Part shown: positions 1 to 9,804 of the stretch, one piece after another
Position numbering within the stretch: position 1 is the stretch's first letter
Layout of the letters: each line of letters starts with the position of its first letter
NCBI GenBank assembly: GCA_030529455.1
Contig: JAUMWV010000001.1
Span: 4,754-68,753, forward strand
Length of the DNA stretch: 64,000 nucleotides
Direction: 5' to 3'
Source of the DNA: Propionibacteriaceae bacterium
Lineage (GTDB): Bacteria > Actinomycetota > Actinomycetes > Propionibacteriales > Propionibacteriaceae
Position numbers and translations under genes: made by a program
The notes under the pieces: model-generated
The model's input: the letters and a program-made list of their open reading frames with translations, nothing else
Databases searched by the model: none
What the model was told of the DNA's origin: nothing

Positions 1-3000
1 GGAGCCCCGCGCCGCCTTGACCCGCCCGGTGACCCGGACCTGGTGGTCGGTTCCGGTCGCGGTGGCTTCGGGTTTTTCGGGCTGGTCGGGGATACCGGTC
101 GCGTCCCACTCCTTCTCCGCATACGAGGAGTGGTCGTCGTCCCCGACCCCGTTGGTCGCCTTGACCCGGTAGACGTGTTTCTTGCCGTCGTAGGACACCT
201 GGGCGTCGGTGCACTGGGGCAGCGTGGTCGGCCCACACACCCGCTCCCCGTCCCGGGTGACGTTGTAAGACAGGTCCCCCGGCCCGTTCGGGTCGGGTTC
301 GGTCCACCTGATGATGACGACGGCTTGTTCCTGGGTCGTCACCTGGGGCGTGAGCGTGATGTCCATGGGTCCGCTCGGCCTGCCTGCGGACTGGCCGCGG
401 ATGCTGCTCCGGGGCCCGGCCCCCGCCGCGTTGGTCGCCCAGACCTGGATGTCGTAGGGGCTGTTGTTGCTGGGCATCTCGACCACGTGGCTGCGCGCTT
501 CCGGGGGAGCCTTCTGCTCTTCCTGCCCGGCGACCCGGATCCTGATGTCCAGCAGCTTGCTTCCTTCGACGACCACCGGGTCCCACGACAGGGTGAGCTT
601 CTTGTCGGCCAGGCTCGAGATCCTGAGACCGGTGACGGCGGACGGTTTGGCGTCGGGGGTCACGGGGGCCGACAGCGGACCGAAGTCGCTCCATCCCGCC
701 TTGTTCCGGGCCCGGACCTGGTAACGCAGCTGCTCCCCGTTGGTCAGCCCGGTCACGGTGCAGGGCGGGCCGGACGAGCACGGCTCGGCCTTGCGTCCCC
801 GGTCGTCGGTGACCTCCCACTCGGTGATCGGCGACCCGTTGCTGTTGGGCTGCGGCCAGGACGCGATAGTCACCTGCCCGCTGGCGGCCGAGCGGACCAC
901 GGGAGCGCCGGGAGCCTCCGGCAAACCGAACACCCGCAGGCTGAAGGTGGCGCTCACGTGCCGGTCGACGCGGCTGTGGTCAGCCACATCGGTAGCCACC
1001 ACCCGGTACACCAGCTCGCCGTGGGTCCCCGGCTCCGGGGTGATCGTGAGCGTGGTGCCGTCCACCGTCGCGGTGGCGTCGGGACCGCTGACCCGCGTGA
1101 CCGACACGACCTGCGGCTTGCCGTCCAGCAGGGGCGAGACGATGCCCAGCGGGATCGTGACCGGGAAGCCCGCCCTGATGTCGTTGAAACTCTGGCTGCG
1201 CATCGTGGGCGCAGGCGCCTCCTGGACGGCCACCGTCACTAGCTGGCTAGGGGTGTTGTAGCCAGCGATCCCGAGCCTCAACGTCCCGCTCGTCCCAGGC
1301 CGGGCCGCCCCCAGGGCGCGCAGCTTCAGCGTCGTGCCCGCCTGAACCTGGATGCCGGTCCCCGACCCGCTGTCCCAGGCCGCGGTGTAGGTCAGGTCAG
1401 AGGCGTCCTCCCCAGGGGGAAGCCACACGTGGCACCGCCTGGCCACGTCGAACTCCTTCTCGTCCCCGCCCGCGTTGAGTTCGATGGTCTGGTTCCGGCA
1501 GCGCAGCATGGGCGTGGCCAGGCCGACCTGGACTGGGACGCTGACGTAGGCCGAACGCACCCCCTCGTCGTTGAACCGTTCGCCGTCCATCACCTCGAAC
1601 GTCACCGCACCGGGACCGGCGTAGCCCTCCAGCGCCGTCACCTGGAAGGAGGTCGGGCTCAGCGGCTCAACCTTCAGCTTGCCCGCCGGAGAGGCCGAGA
1701 AGGATTCGGTGCGCGGCGTGAACCGCACCGGCAGGCCCCGCGGAGACACGGCGTAGTCGGCCAGGTTCAGCTCAGCCGACTGATTCTGGCCGATCTCGAT
1801 GATCGACTTCGCCCTGGTGTGCGGTGCCGCCGTACCGGCGGAGGGGACGAAGATCACCGCGGCGCTCACCGCCCCCGACTCGTCCGTCACCAGGTACGGG
1901 ATGATCTGCACCTGGCCGGTCAGCGGGATGACGGCGGTGCCGTCCACCATGGCCGCCCCGGCCGGGCCGCCGAGCAGCGTCACCCGAAGCCTGGCATCGT
2001 CGCCGTCCGGGTCCCAGGCGCGCTTCAGCAGGTCGGCCTTGGCGACATCACCCTCCGCGATCGCGACCTCGTCCCACACCACCGGCGGATGCTGGAAGCC
2101 CGGGCGGGAGCTGACCTTGATCGCGGCCGGTCTGCTCACCCCACCGTTGCCCCGCAACGCGTACTGGACCACCAGCGGCTGGGCGTCCTCCGCGGGGGCC
2201 TGAAGCGTGATCGGGCCCGTCTCCGAGTCCAGCGACACCCCCTGCGGCAGCCGTGGGTTGAGTTCCGCGAAAGAATCCACAACGACCTTGTCGGCCCTCT
2301 CGTACAGGTCGTTGGCGATCGGGTCCACCTGGACGGTGGCCTCCGGTGCGGCCACCACCTCGTCCGGCATGGCGATCGGAGGCTGGGCATCGCCGGGCGG
2401 AGTGACGCCGATCCGGACCACGGCCGCGCTGGCCTTCCCGAACCTGTCCGCCAGCAGCACCGTGAACGTGTCCGTGCCGTACTCCTCCGGGGCCGGATAG
2501 GCCTCGTAGGTGATGGAGGTCGGGCTCTGTTTGACGACCCGGCCAAGAACCGGAGCCGACCCCAGGCCGACCAGCACCACCGAGTCGCCGTCCGGGTCCT
2601 GGCTGGCCGTCGAGATCGAGATCTTCGCCACCTCGCCCGCGGTGACCCGCGCCTCGATCGGCTGTGGGCTCGGGGCGCGGTTCTCCCCCGCGGTCTTCGG
2701 CTCCGGTTTGATCGTGATGACGGCCTTGCCAGCGGCCGACTGCTTGCCCTGAGGCGTCTGCGCCCGGTATTCGACCACCACCTGGCGTTCCGCTTCGACC
2801 GCCGTCGGCGCGACGTAGCGGATCTGGTCGTGGCGGACGAAGGCCCGCCCGGGATCGCTCGCCCCCGACGGATCGCGCACCACCAGTTCGCCGGGCACCT
2901 GCCTCGGCCCCACGCTCGCGGCCAGGCTCAGCGGCTCCCCGTTGGGGGCGACGTCGTTGCTCAGTACGTTGAGCAGCACCGAGTCACCGGCCCGCACGGC

Positions 3001-5391
3001 CCCGATATCGTCCTTGACGATCGGCGCCGTCTCTTCCGCGGCGGGCAGCTGCGTGACCAGGATGACGCCATCGGCGGTCTCGGCGCCGTTGGAGACGGTA
3101 TAGCGGACGACCGAGGGGCTCGCCTGGGGGGACAGGGCGCGCGGCGTCACCAGCACCCAGCGCCCCCCGACCACCGCGACGTCCAGCTCGTCCGACTCCG
3201 CCTTGGCGCCGGTGACCGTGAGGATGCCCCCCGCCGGGTCGGAGTCGTTGGGCAACGGGTCGAGCCGAACCGTCTGGACTCCCCGCACCGTCAGCTGGTC
3301 AGGCATGACGATCGGGGCGTGGGACTGATCGGCGTTGCCGATGTCGATCCGCACCTTGCCCGCCTGCATCGGCGCCACCCCGAAGGCCGCGGTGTAGCTG
3401 ATCTCATAGCTCCCGGTCGTGGCGGCCGTCACCCTGACCTGGCCCGAATAGATATCCGACTCGATCTCCAGTCCGGGCACCGGCCTGATCTCCTGCCCGA
3501 GGCGCAGCCGCGCCTCCGGGGTCGCCGGGTCAGATCCCGGGATGTCATTGGCCAGCGGGTTGAACACCACGGGCTTGCCCGCCTCGCCCCGGACCGCGTC
3601 CGGGAAGGTGAGCGGGGGTGTCCCGGCCGGTGAGTCCTCCTCCAGGACCGTGATCGGCAGCTGATGCTCGATCGGTTCCGAACGGCCATCCGTCACCCGA
3701 TACACCAGATTGCGCGTGGTCCTGGAGCGCTCACCGCCAGCGGTGAACTCGATCCGGCCCTCGGGGGTCACGGGGACGCTCACCCCTTCGACCGCCGCCG
3801 ACAGCAGCGTGACCGGGTCGCCGTCGCCGTCCCGCCAGTCGCCGAGCACCGACAGGGGCAGCGTCCCGTGGGACGAGACGGCGTAGCTGGGCGCCGAGTA
3901 GCCGGGCCGCAGCGTCGGCTGGTCGTTGCCGCTGGTGCGGACCGTGACGCTCACGAGCGCCTCGGACACGTTGACCCCGTTGCTCACCCGGTAGGTGAAC
4001 GAGAACTCGCTCGCCCCATCTGGTGGTGTCACCGCCAGCGCCTGGCCATCCGGGGAGATGACCACGCGGGCCTCGGGTGGGACGCCAGCGACCGACTGCA
4101 CCATGAGCACCTGGCCGAGCGCATCAGTGTCGTTGTCGAGCACGTGGGCGACGGCGGTCCGCCCGGGTCGCACGCCGATGAAATCGGGATTGGCCTGCGG
4201 CTTGGCGTCCTGGGGTTTCGGCTGGGTGCTCTCCTTAGGCCGGATATCGTCCCCATCGCTGTCGGGCTTGATCTCGTCCCAGGCGTCGAGTCGGCTCTGG
4301 GTGACTAGGTCGAAGGTCCGGCCGTCGGCGGCATCGTTGAGGACGATCTGTTCCCGGTTCACCCGGAAGACCGGCCGCACCAGGGGACCGGCCGAACGGA
4401 TTCCCTGGAGCTCCTCGGCCTCCTGCTCGCCGCACACCCGCACCATGGTGCCCCGCTCCCCGGTCCACGCGCCGAAGTCGCAGCCCGCGACCCGCACCGG
4501 CACGGCAGGCAACCCGCTGAACCCGCTAGCCACCTGCGTGACGGCGCCGTCGTCGAGCCGGACCCGGAACAGGCCCGTGGCGGCGGCGACCAGGACCGTT
4601 GCCGCGTCCGGACCGCCCTGCTGGATGAACGACCCGGGGTCGGCCTCCAGCTGGGCGCTGCCACCTCCCGGCAGGATGAGGGTCCCGCTCGTCGGATCGT
4701 AGGCGACGGCCCTGCTGCCGAGCGCGGCGAGCTGGACCGATTGCAGCGCTCCCATCGTGTCAGCCTGCGGTTCGCCAAAACCTTCCCCGCGGACGCCGAC
4801 GGTCACCCTCTTGCCGTTGGCGAGAGCCGCATGGACCGTGCCGTCGGCGCCGACGCTCAGCGCCCCCGGCGAAGCGGAGCCCTTCGGCGCGGGACCGAGC
4901 TCAGCCAGCGGCTCAGCATCGGGGCCGAGCCCCCACACCGAGACCCTCGCCGCTTTCGGGTCGTAGCGCACCGCGGTTACTCGTCCGGTGGCCAGGTCGA
5001 GCGCGGCCAGCGTCCCGCCCCTCATGTCGACTAGGGCTCCGGGCGGCAGCTGAATCGTCTCCTCGACGAGGTTCTTCACGTCGTCGCTGGATACCGGGAT
5101 CAGAATCCTCTGGGTCAGGTCGTAATGCACGACGGCATTGCCGTCCTGCAGCACCTCCATGGATTGCTTGGCTTTCCCAGGGGCTTCCAGCCAGGCGTCG
5201 AGACCGGCCGCGGATTTGTTCACCCGACCGATCTGGTACTGGGCGTCATTGACCACCCAGACCCCGGCATCGTTGAGGTCCAGCTTACGGACCGGATATC
5301 CGTCGCTGACGATCGCGAAGGTGACCAGGAGGATGCAGCACAATGCACCGATGACGATCGAGGCTCCCCGATCTAATCCACGGCGCAGCAT
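1..5391 (-). CDS. Giant N-terminally membrane-anchored surface protein with cadherin/Ig-like repeats and FN3-like repeats (3' end beyond window; 1797 codons visible)
   Basis: Absent from the ORF track because it has no in-window stop. Minus-strand ATG at 5391-5389 is preceded by GGGAGG. My translation starts MLRRGLDRGASIVIGALCCILLVTFAIV (TM anchor) and has no stops in the parts I translated. This minus frame has no listed ORFs, and the other two hold only short ones. Repeated VLDNDTD / PLANDIPGSDP / PLPNDSDP motifs. The window edge encodes KHVYRVKATNGVGDD, an FN3-like strand. Confidence 0.8.
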   Translation of the reverse strand, partial: MLRRGLDRGASIVIGALCCILLVTFAIVSDGYPVRKLDLNDAGVWVVNDAQYQIGRVNKSAAGLDAWLEAPGKAKQSMEVLQDGNAVVHYDLTQRILIPVSSDDVKNLVEETIQLPPGALVDMRGGTLAALDLATGRVTAVRYDPKAARVSVWGLGPDAEPLAELGPAPKGSASPGALSVGADGTVHAALANGKRVTVGVRGEGFGEPQADTMGALQSVQLAALGSRAVAYDPTSGTLILPGGGSAQLEADPGSFIQQGGPDAATVLVAAATGLFRVRLDDGAVTQVASGFSGLPAVPVRVAGCDFGAWTGERGTMVRVCGEQEAEELQGIRSAGPLVRPVFRVNREQIVLNDAADGRTFDLVTQSRLDAWDEIKPDSDGDDIRPKESTQPKPQDAKPQANPDFIGVRPGRTAVAHVLDNDTDALGQVLMVQSVAGVPPEARVVISPDGQALAVTPPDGASEFSFTYRVSNGVNVSEALVSVTVRTSGNDQPTLRPGYSAPSYAVSSHGTLPLSVLGDWRDGDGDPVTLLSAAVEGVSVPVTPEGRIEFTAGGERSRTTRNLVYRVTDGRSEPIEHQLPITVLEEDSPAGTPPLTFPDAVRGEAGKPVVFNPLANDIPGSDPATPEARLRLGQEIRPVPGLEIESDIYSGQVRVTAATTGSYEISYTAAFGVAPMQAGKVRIDIGNADQSHAPIVMPDQLTVRGVQTVRLDPLPNDSDPAGGILTVTGAKAESDELDVAVVGGRWVLVTPRALSPQASPSVVRYTVSNGAETADGVILVTQLPAAEETAPIVKDDIGAVRAGDSVLLNVLSNDVAPNGEPLSLAASVGPRQVPGELVVRDPSGASDPGRAFVRHDQIRYVAPTAVEAERQVVVEYRAQTPQGKQSAAGKAVITIKPEPKTAGENRAPSPQPIEARVTAGEVAKISISTASQDPDGDSVVLVGLGSAPVLGRVVKQSPTSITYEAYPAPEEYGTDTFTVLLADRFGKASAAVVRIGVTPPGDAQPPIAMPDEVVAAPEATVQVDPIANDLYERADKVVVDSFAELNPRLPQGVSLDSETGPITLQAPAEDAQPLVVQYALRGNGGVSRPAAIKVSSRPGFQHPPVVWDEVAIAEGDVAKADLLKRAWDPDGDDARLRVTLLGGPAGAAMVDGTAVIPLTGQVQIIPYLVTDESGAVSAAVIFVPSAGTAAPHTRAKSIIEIGQNQSAELNLADYAVSPRGLPVRFTPRTESFSASPAGKLKVEPLSPTSFQVTALEGYAGPGAVTFEVMDGERFNDEGVRSAYVSVPVQVGLATPMLRCRNQTIELNAGGDEKEFDVARRCHVWLPPGEDASDLTYTAAWDSGSGTGIQVQAGTTLKLRALGAARPGTSGTLRLGIAGYNTPSQLVTVAVQEAPAPTMRSQSFNDIRAGFPVTIPLGIVSPLLDGKPQVVSVTRVSGPDATATVDGTTLTITPEPGTHGELVYRVVATDVADHSRVDRHVSATFSLRVFGLPEAPGAPVVRSAASGQVTIASWPQPNSNGSPITEWEVTDDRGRKAEPCSSGPPCTVTGLTNGEQLRYQVRARNKAGWSDFGPLSAPVTPDAKPSAVTGLRISSLADKKLTLSWDPVVVEGSKLLDIRIRVAGQEEQKAPPEARSHVVEMPSNNSPYDIQVWATNAAGAGPRSSIRGQSAGRPSGPMDITLTPQVTTQEQAVVIIRWTEPDPNGPGDLSYNVTRDGERVCGPTTLPQCTDAQVSYDGKKHVYRVKATNGVGDDDHSSYAEKEWDATGIPDQPEKPEATATGTDHQVRVTGRVKAARGS

Positions 5392-5513
5392 CCTGCTCCC
5401 CTCCCAAGGCACTAACTCATTGTGAAAGATTACCCCTCGGGATCAAAGCTCCAGCCCCGCGGTGGGCTTCGCCAAGTGACTCCGGGACGAGGCAGCCGGG
5501 GGCCCGGAACGGG

Positions 5514-6194
5514 TCAGGACGGCAGCAGGGCGAGGTCCTCGACCGTCACGATACGGGCCGCCATGGCGTATTCCACCAGCCGGGCCTTCCGGCTCAGCGC
5601 GAGCTTGGTGGGCCCACCGTGGAGCCCCCGGACGCCCAGGTCGGCGAGTTTCTCGCACACGTTGTCCAGCTTCCGGTTGAACTTGGTCACCGACCAGCCC
5701 AGCCTGGCCGCCGCCGCGGCGGACTGCGGTACCGCCCCGGCCCCCCGGTCGCCGCGCCGCAGCACGTTTTCGCACAGCGCGATGATGAGCAGCTTCTGGT
5801 CCGGGGTCAGCTTGACCGCGCCCACGGTGACGGAACCGTCAGTCGCCTGCACCGCGTCCACCGGTTCGAAGGTCGCCTGCTCGACGTAGATGTCGAACTC
5901 GTAGGTGGTCGGCCCGGCCGTGAACCAGACCACGGTGTGCGGGAAGACCAGCGGCAGCCCGGCCCCCGGCGCGAGCCAGGCCTGCATACCACCGTCGGTG
6001 TTGGCGACCGTGGCGGTGAGCTGACTACCGATGTTAGTGAGCCACCAGAACGTGTCCTGCTGGGTCAGCTGGAGGAACTGCCGGTGCAGGAACGGATTCT
6101 CATCGTCAACGACCAGATCGGCCTCGCGACCGATCGTAAACGGTTCGCCGGGCTTCGGGCTATACAGCTCGCCGCAGAAATCCACTGTCACCAT
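5514..6194 (-). CDS. FHA-like N-domain fused to a helix-turn-helix-like C-domain (putative phospho-dependent regulator)
   Basis: 226-aa ORF. FTIGREADLVVDD..HRQFLQL..WWLTNIGSQLTATV resembles a degenerate FHA core. The C-terminal LTPDQKLLIIALCE..ARLGWSVTKFNRKLDNVCEKL looks HTH-like. Its ATG directly abuts the kinase stop (TGAATG, 6197-6192). Confidence 0.65.
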   Translation of the reverse strand: MVTVDFCGELYSPKPGEPFTIGREADLVVDDENPFLHRQFLQLTQQDTFWWLTNIGSQLTATVANTDGGMQAWLAPGAGLPLVFPHTVVWFTAGPTTYEFDIYVEQATFEPVDAVQATDGSVTVGAVKLTPDQKLLIIALCENVLRRGDRGAGAVPQSAAAAARLGWSVTKFNRKLDNVCEKLADLGVRGLHGGPTKLALSRKARLVEYAMAARIVTVEDLALLPS

Positions 6195-7688
6195 TCAGGC
6201 ACACTCCTTAGTTCCCTTGCGAAGTGCATAGTTACCGGAGTAACGATGCACCTTCACCCAGACACAGACCTCTCCCGGGGGCTGGTCCTCAAGCACAATC
6301 TTGCGCTCCGACGTGGTGTGCCAGGGCCCATCCTCGCCGATCTCACTCCAGTAATAGGAATCGTCCGCCAGCTGATGCTGGTATGTCCACGTGAAGGTCA
6401 CCGTCGTCCCCTCCCGGAAACCGACGATGTTCAGCGCCCCCGGGGGCCGCTCGGAGTTCGGGTCCGGCGGCGGCAGGGAGACCGGCGTGCTGGGCTCCGG
6501 GGCCTGCCTCAGCCCGGGGCCTCTCCACAGCAGCGCGGCGATGATACCGGCGACCACCACGACGACGATCAGGGCTCCCCAGCCCAGCAGCGCCCGGGAC
6601 CGCCCACCTCCCTCGGCGCCCCGGCCGCTGTCGCCGTCGGGATCTCCGTGCTGGGGAAGGCTCAGCCTTCGCTGCACCGCGGTGTTCTCGCCCAGGTCCT
6701 CGCCGTGACTCTGGCTGCCGGCGGCTCGGCCACCCGGACTGCTACCGGCTCCGCCCTGGGCGTCAACCTGGTGCGTCTGCACCCTGGTCAGGTCGTCGAG
6801 CAGCACCGGCTGGTTCATCCTGAGGTCGGGGCGGTCGGCCGCCAGCAGCAGATTGGTGCGGGGCAGCGTCAGCTCCTGCTCGATAGCTTGCAGCGACCGG
6901 GCGAAGTTGAGCGCGGACGCGGGGCGCAGGGCGATGTCCTTGGCCATCGCGCTGCGCAGCAGCCGGTCGAGCGCCATCGGGACGTCCGGGCGTCCGGTGC
7001 TGGGCGGGGCGAGATCACGGATGCGTTTCATCAGCGCGAACTGCGAGTTGTCCCCACCGGGGTTCTCGAACGGGGAACGCCCGACCAGAAGGTGCCAAAG
7101 CGTCGCGGCCAGCGAATAGACATCGGACTGCACCCCCGGAGGGGCCGTGGCGTAGAGCAGTTCCGGCGGCGACCATGGCACCGACACGCCCAGGTCTCTG
7201 TCGTCGCTCGACGCGATGTCTCCGGCGATCCCGAAATCCCCCAGCCCGGGCTCGCCGTATTCGTCGGTCAGGATGTTGGCCGGTTTGATGTCGCGGTGCA
7301 GCATGCCCGCCATGTGGGCGGTCTCGATCGCCGAAGCGAGTTTGATGCCGATCTGCAGCGTCTCGGCCACCGACAGCCGGTCGCGCCGTGCGCGCTCCCC
7401 CAGCGATGCCCGGGGGTAGTACTTCATGACGAGGTAGGGACGCCCTCCCGGGGCCACCGAGGCGTAGTAGACCGGCACGATATTGGGGTGTGACAGCTGC
7501 GCCATCGCGTTGACTTCCTGCTGGAAGCGCAGCTGCAAGGCGGACGACACACTCGATGCCCGCAGCACTTTCACCGCGACCTCCCGCCGCGGCATCGTCT
7601 CCTGGTAGAGGTACACGTCGGCGTATCCGCCAGATCCGAGATCCCGGATATAGGTCAGCCCCTCTAGGTGGGGAGCGCGGTGGCTCAC
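6195..7688 (-). CDS. Ser/Thr protein kinase with one TM segment and a small Cys-containing extracytoplasmic domain
   Basis: GSGGYADVY (Gly loop), VAVKVL, HRDIKPANIL (catalytic loop), DFGIA. TM segment ALIVVVVVAGIIAALLW. GTG start overlaps the upstream stop (GTGA, 7688-7685). Confidence 0.92.
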   Translation of the reverse strand: MSHRAPHLEGLTYIRDLGSGGYADVYLYQETMPRREVAVKVLRASSVSSALQLRFQQEVNAMAQLSHPNIVPVYYASVAPGGRPYLVMKYYPRASLGERARRDRLSVAETLQIGIKLASAIETAHMAGMLHRDIKPANILTDEYGEPGLGDFGIAGDIASSDDRDLGVSVPWSPPELLYATAPPGVQSDVYSLAATLWHLLVGRSPFENPGGDNSQFALMKRIRDLAPPSTGRPDVPMALDRLLRSAMAKDIALRPASALNFARSLQAIEQELTLPRTNLLLAADRPDLRMNQPVLLDDLTRVQTHQVDAQGGAGSSPGGRAAGSQSHGEDLGENTAVQRRLSLPQHGDPDGDSGRGAEGGGRSRALLGWGALIVVVVVAGIIAALLWRGPGLRQAPEPSTPVSLPPPDPNSERPPGALNIVGFREGTTVTFTWTYQHQLADDSYYWSEIGEDGPWHTTSERKIVLEDQPPGEVCVWVKVHRYSGNYALRKGTKECA

Positions 7689-9022
7689 GGCTGGGCCTCG
7701 AACACGAACTCAAACACCCCAGCGAGCACCACCCGGGTGCCCGGTTCGATGGTCAGCGGATCGTGGGGCCGCAGCATGACCGGGGCGACCCCGGGAAGGA
7801 TCACCCGGGTGCCGTTGGTCGAGCCCAGGTCCTTGACCGCGACGTGCCACCCGTCGAGGCTGACCTCAAGGTGCTGGCTGGAGATGTCGCGTCCGGGGTC
7901 GGGTACCTGGACCAGGTGGGGCTGTTCCCCCGCGTAGGTGTGCGAGATGCGCGGGTTGCGTCCAATGATGACCGGGCGATCCAGCAGCACGACGTCGTTG
8001 ACGCCGAGCCGGAGGACGCCCAGGGGCGGGCGCGGGACGAGTTGCGGCTGCTGCGGGTCGATACCGGCGCCGCAGACCCGACACCTGGTCGCGTAGGGGG
8101 CGTTGAGGTGGCCCGCCCGGCACCTGGTCGCGATCACCTGCGGCTGCGCGCCAGCCCCAGGGCCGCGCAGTTCCTCCCGGCAGACCGTGGTATCGCCCGG
8201 CTGCACCGGCAGGGGCGGGGCCGGGCGGGCGACGGGAGCCTCGGGCCGCCGCGGCGCGGGCTCCGGGACGGGCGCGGGTTGCGCGGACGCTGCCGCCGGG
8301 GACGGAATCGCCTCCTGGGTCCAGGGGAAGGATTCGATGAGGCTGGGAAACTCAATGGGCGGTGGGGACGCCGGCTCGGGGGTGGGCTTTGGCAACTCGT
8401 CTGGGGAGGCCGACGAATCGGGCAGGTCGCCGGTAGAGACGGTCGGTATGGTGTTGCGCGCGACGCTGCCCGGCAGCGCGGCGAGAAGGTCCACCGGGTC
8501 CTGGGAGGAATACACGTCGGGGGTGGCGCCCCCAGCGCCGGGCCCGAGCGGGTCGGCGACGCGCTTAGCCGGGGTGTGCCCTGCGCCAGAACCGGGCAGG
8601 CAGGACAAGCTGAGGCTGGAGACTCGCACCGTGCCGTGGATCAGCCGCAGCGCCACCGGGCTGTTGTCGTCCTCGCCGGTATTGATCCGCAGGCAGGTCA
8701 CCGCGGGCAGCACATCGTCTGACCAGGGTTGGCGGGGTTTCAGTTGGGGCGATCCTGGCACCACGGCGTGGTACTGGCCGCGCAACACCAGCCGGACGCC
8801 GGACTCGGCGCGTTCGCATATCGCGAAAGATTTCAGCGCCCGCAACCCCGGCCGGATGAGCAGATCGAGCACATCATCGGTGCTCATCCCCGGGTGGGCA
8901 AGCAGGTCGAGCAGCTCAAGGACGAGCGCCTCGGTCGGCGCGAGCGGAGCGATGACGGCTACGCGGGGACCACAGACGAGCAGGGCTTTGCCTTCGGCGT
9001 ACCAGAAGCCGATATCCCTCAC
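7685..9022 (-). CDS. FHA-domain protein with Pro-rich linker and zinc-ribbon-like CxxC pair
   Basis: C-terminal VIIGRNP..DISSQHLEVS..DLGSTNGTRV is a canonical FHA core. CRAGHLNAPYATRCRVCG lies upstream of it. GTG start overlaps the PP2C stop (TAGTG, 9024-9020). Confidence 0.9.
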   Translation of the reverse strand: MRDIGFWYAEGKALLVCGPRVAVIAPLAPTEALVLELLDLLAHPGMSTDDVLDLLIRPGLRALKSFAICERAESGVRLVLRGQYHAVVPGSPQLKPRQPWSDDVLPAVTCLRINTGEDDNSPVALRLIHGTVRVSSLSLSCLPGSGAGHTPAKRVADPLGPGAGGATPDVYSSQDPVDLLAALPGSVARNTIPTVSTGDLPDSSASPDELPKPTPEPASPPPIEFPSLIESFPWTQEAIPSPAAASAQPAPVPEPAPRRPEAPVARPAPPLPVQPGDTTVCREELRGPGAGAQPQVIATRCRAGHLNAPYATRCRVCGAGIDPQQPQLVPRPPLGVLRLGVNDVVLLDRPVIIGRNPRISHTYAGEQPHLVQVPDPGRDISSQHLEVSLDGWHVAVKDLGSTNGTRVILPGVAPVMLRPHDPLTIEPGTRVVLAGVFEFVFEAQP

Positions 9023-9804
9023 TAGTCTCCTTGCCAGATGCGTTGCCTGGGATTCGTGGTCTCATCAACCGCATCGCCCGGCTCTCCCACAACCTGGACG
9101 ATGATGACACTCACATTATCGCGTGCACCGGCATCAAGCACATCTCTAATCAACAGATCGACGGCTAACTGCGGGTCGGGGCAGCAGCGCAGGGTTTCCG
9201 CGATCTGGAGGTCGGTGAGCTCCGAGGTCAAACCGTCGGAACAGATCAAGAAGGTTTCCCCCGGGTACTGGGGAAGCACCCACAGATCAACCTGTGGCGG
9301 CGGAATCGCGCCCACCGACCGGGTGATGACGTTACGCAGATAATGCGTCCGGGCCTCCTCTTCGGTGATCTTGCCTTCCAGGATCAATTCCTCGATCTCG
9401 GAGTGATCGACCGTGGCGCGCGAGAGCACTCCACCCCAGAACCGGTATACCCGGGAGTCCCCGACGTTGAAGATCGCCCAATGTGGCTCGCCCCCGACCT
9501 GCACCTCGGCCAGGCCCGCGACGGTCGAGCCGAGCCCCCACGTCTCCGGGTTCGCCCTGGCATGATTCACGACATCTTGGTTGGCGAGGGTGATCGTGTC
9601 CACCACATCCGCGGGACGCACCGGGTCCGCGGAATCCAGGTCGCTGAGCCGCTTCACGATGAGCGAACTGGCGACATCTCCAGCTGCGTGCCCGCCCATT
9701 CCATCCGCAACGGCCCAGATCTTTTTTCCGACCAGCACCGCGTCCTCGTTGAGACTCCGGCGACGCCCGACGTCGGTACCTGAGCCGTACCTGAGCACAG
9801 TCAT
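9022..9804 (-). CDS. PP2C-family Ser/Thr phosphatase
   Basis: VADGMGGHAAGDVAS, GDSRVY, LICSDGL, ARDNVSVIIV. I prefer the ATG at 9804 (MTVLRYGSGTDVG, GAGGAG upstream) over the longest-ORF start at 9936. Confidence 0.88.
   Translation of the reverse strand: MTVLRYGSGTDVGRRRSLNEDAVLVGKKIWAVADGMGGHAAGDVASSLIVKRLSDLDSADPVRPADVVDTITLANQDVVNHARANPETWGLGSTVAGLAEVQVGGEPHWAIFNVGDSRVYRFWGGVLSRATVDHSEIEELILEGKITEEEARTHYLRNVITRSVGAIPPPQVDLWVLPQYPGETFLICSDGLTSELTDLQIAETLRCCPDPQLAVDLLIRDVLDAGARDNVSVIIVQVVGEPGDAVDETTNPRQRIWQGD

Noticed and set aside
1429-3633. 734-aa plus-strand ORF, along with 43-1242 and 3664-4308, across the first 5 kb
   Set aside because: Their composition is Arg/Gly/Pro/His-rich with no motifs, typical of antisense shadow frames in high-GC DNA. 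The opposite strand carries a coherent repeat-protein ORF with an RBS and a TM anchor.
5619-7493. 624-aa plus-strand ORF opposite the kinase and the FHA-like gene
   Set aside because: It is a shadow ORF. The minus strand encodes unmistakable kinase motifs, so this frame is low-complexity Arg/Gly/Pro.
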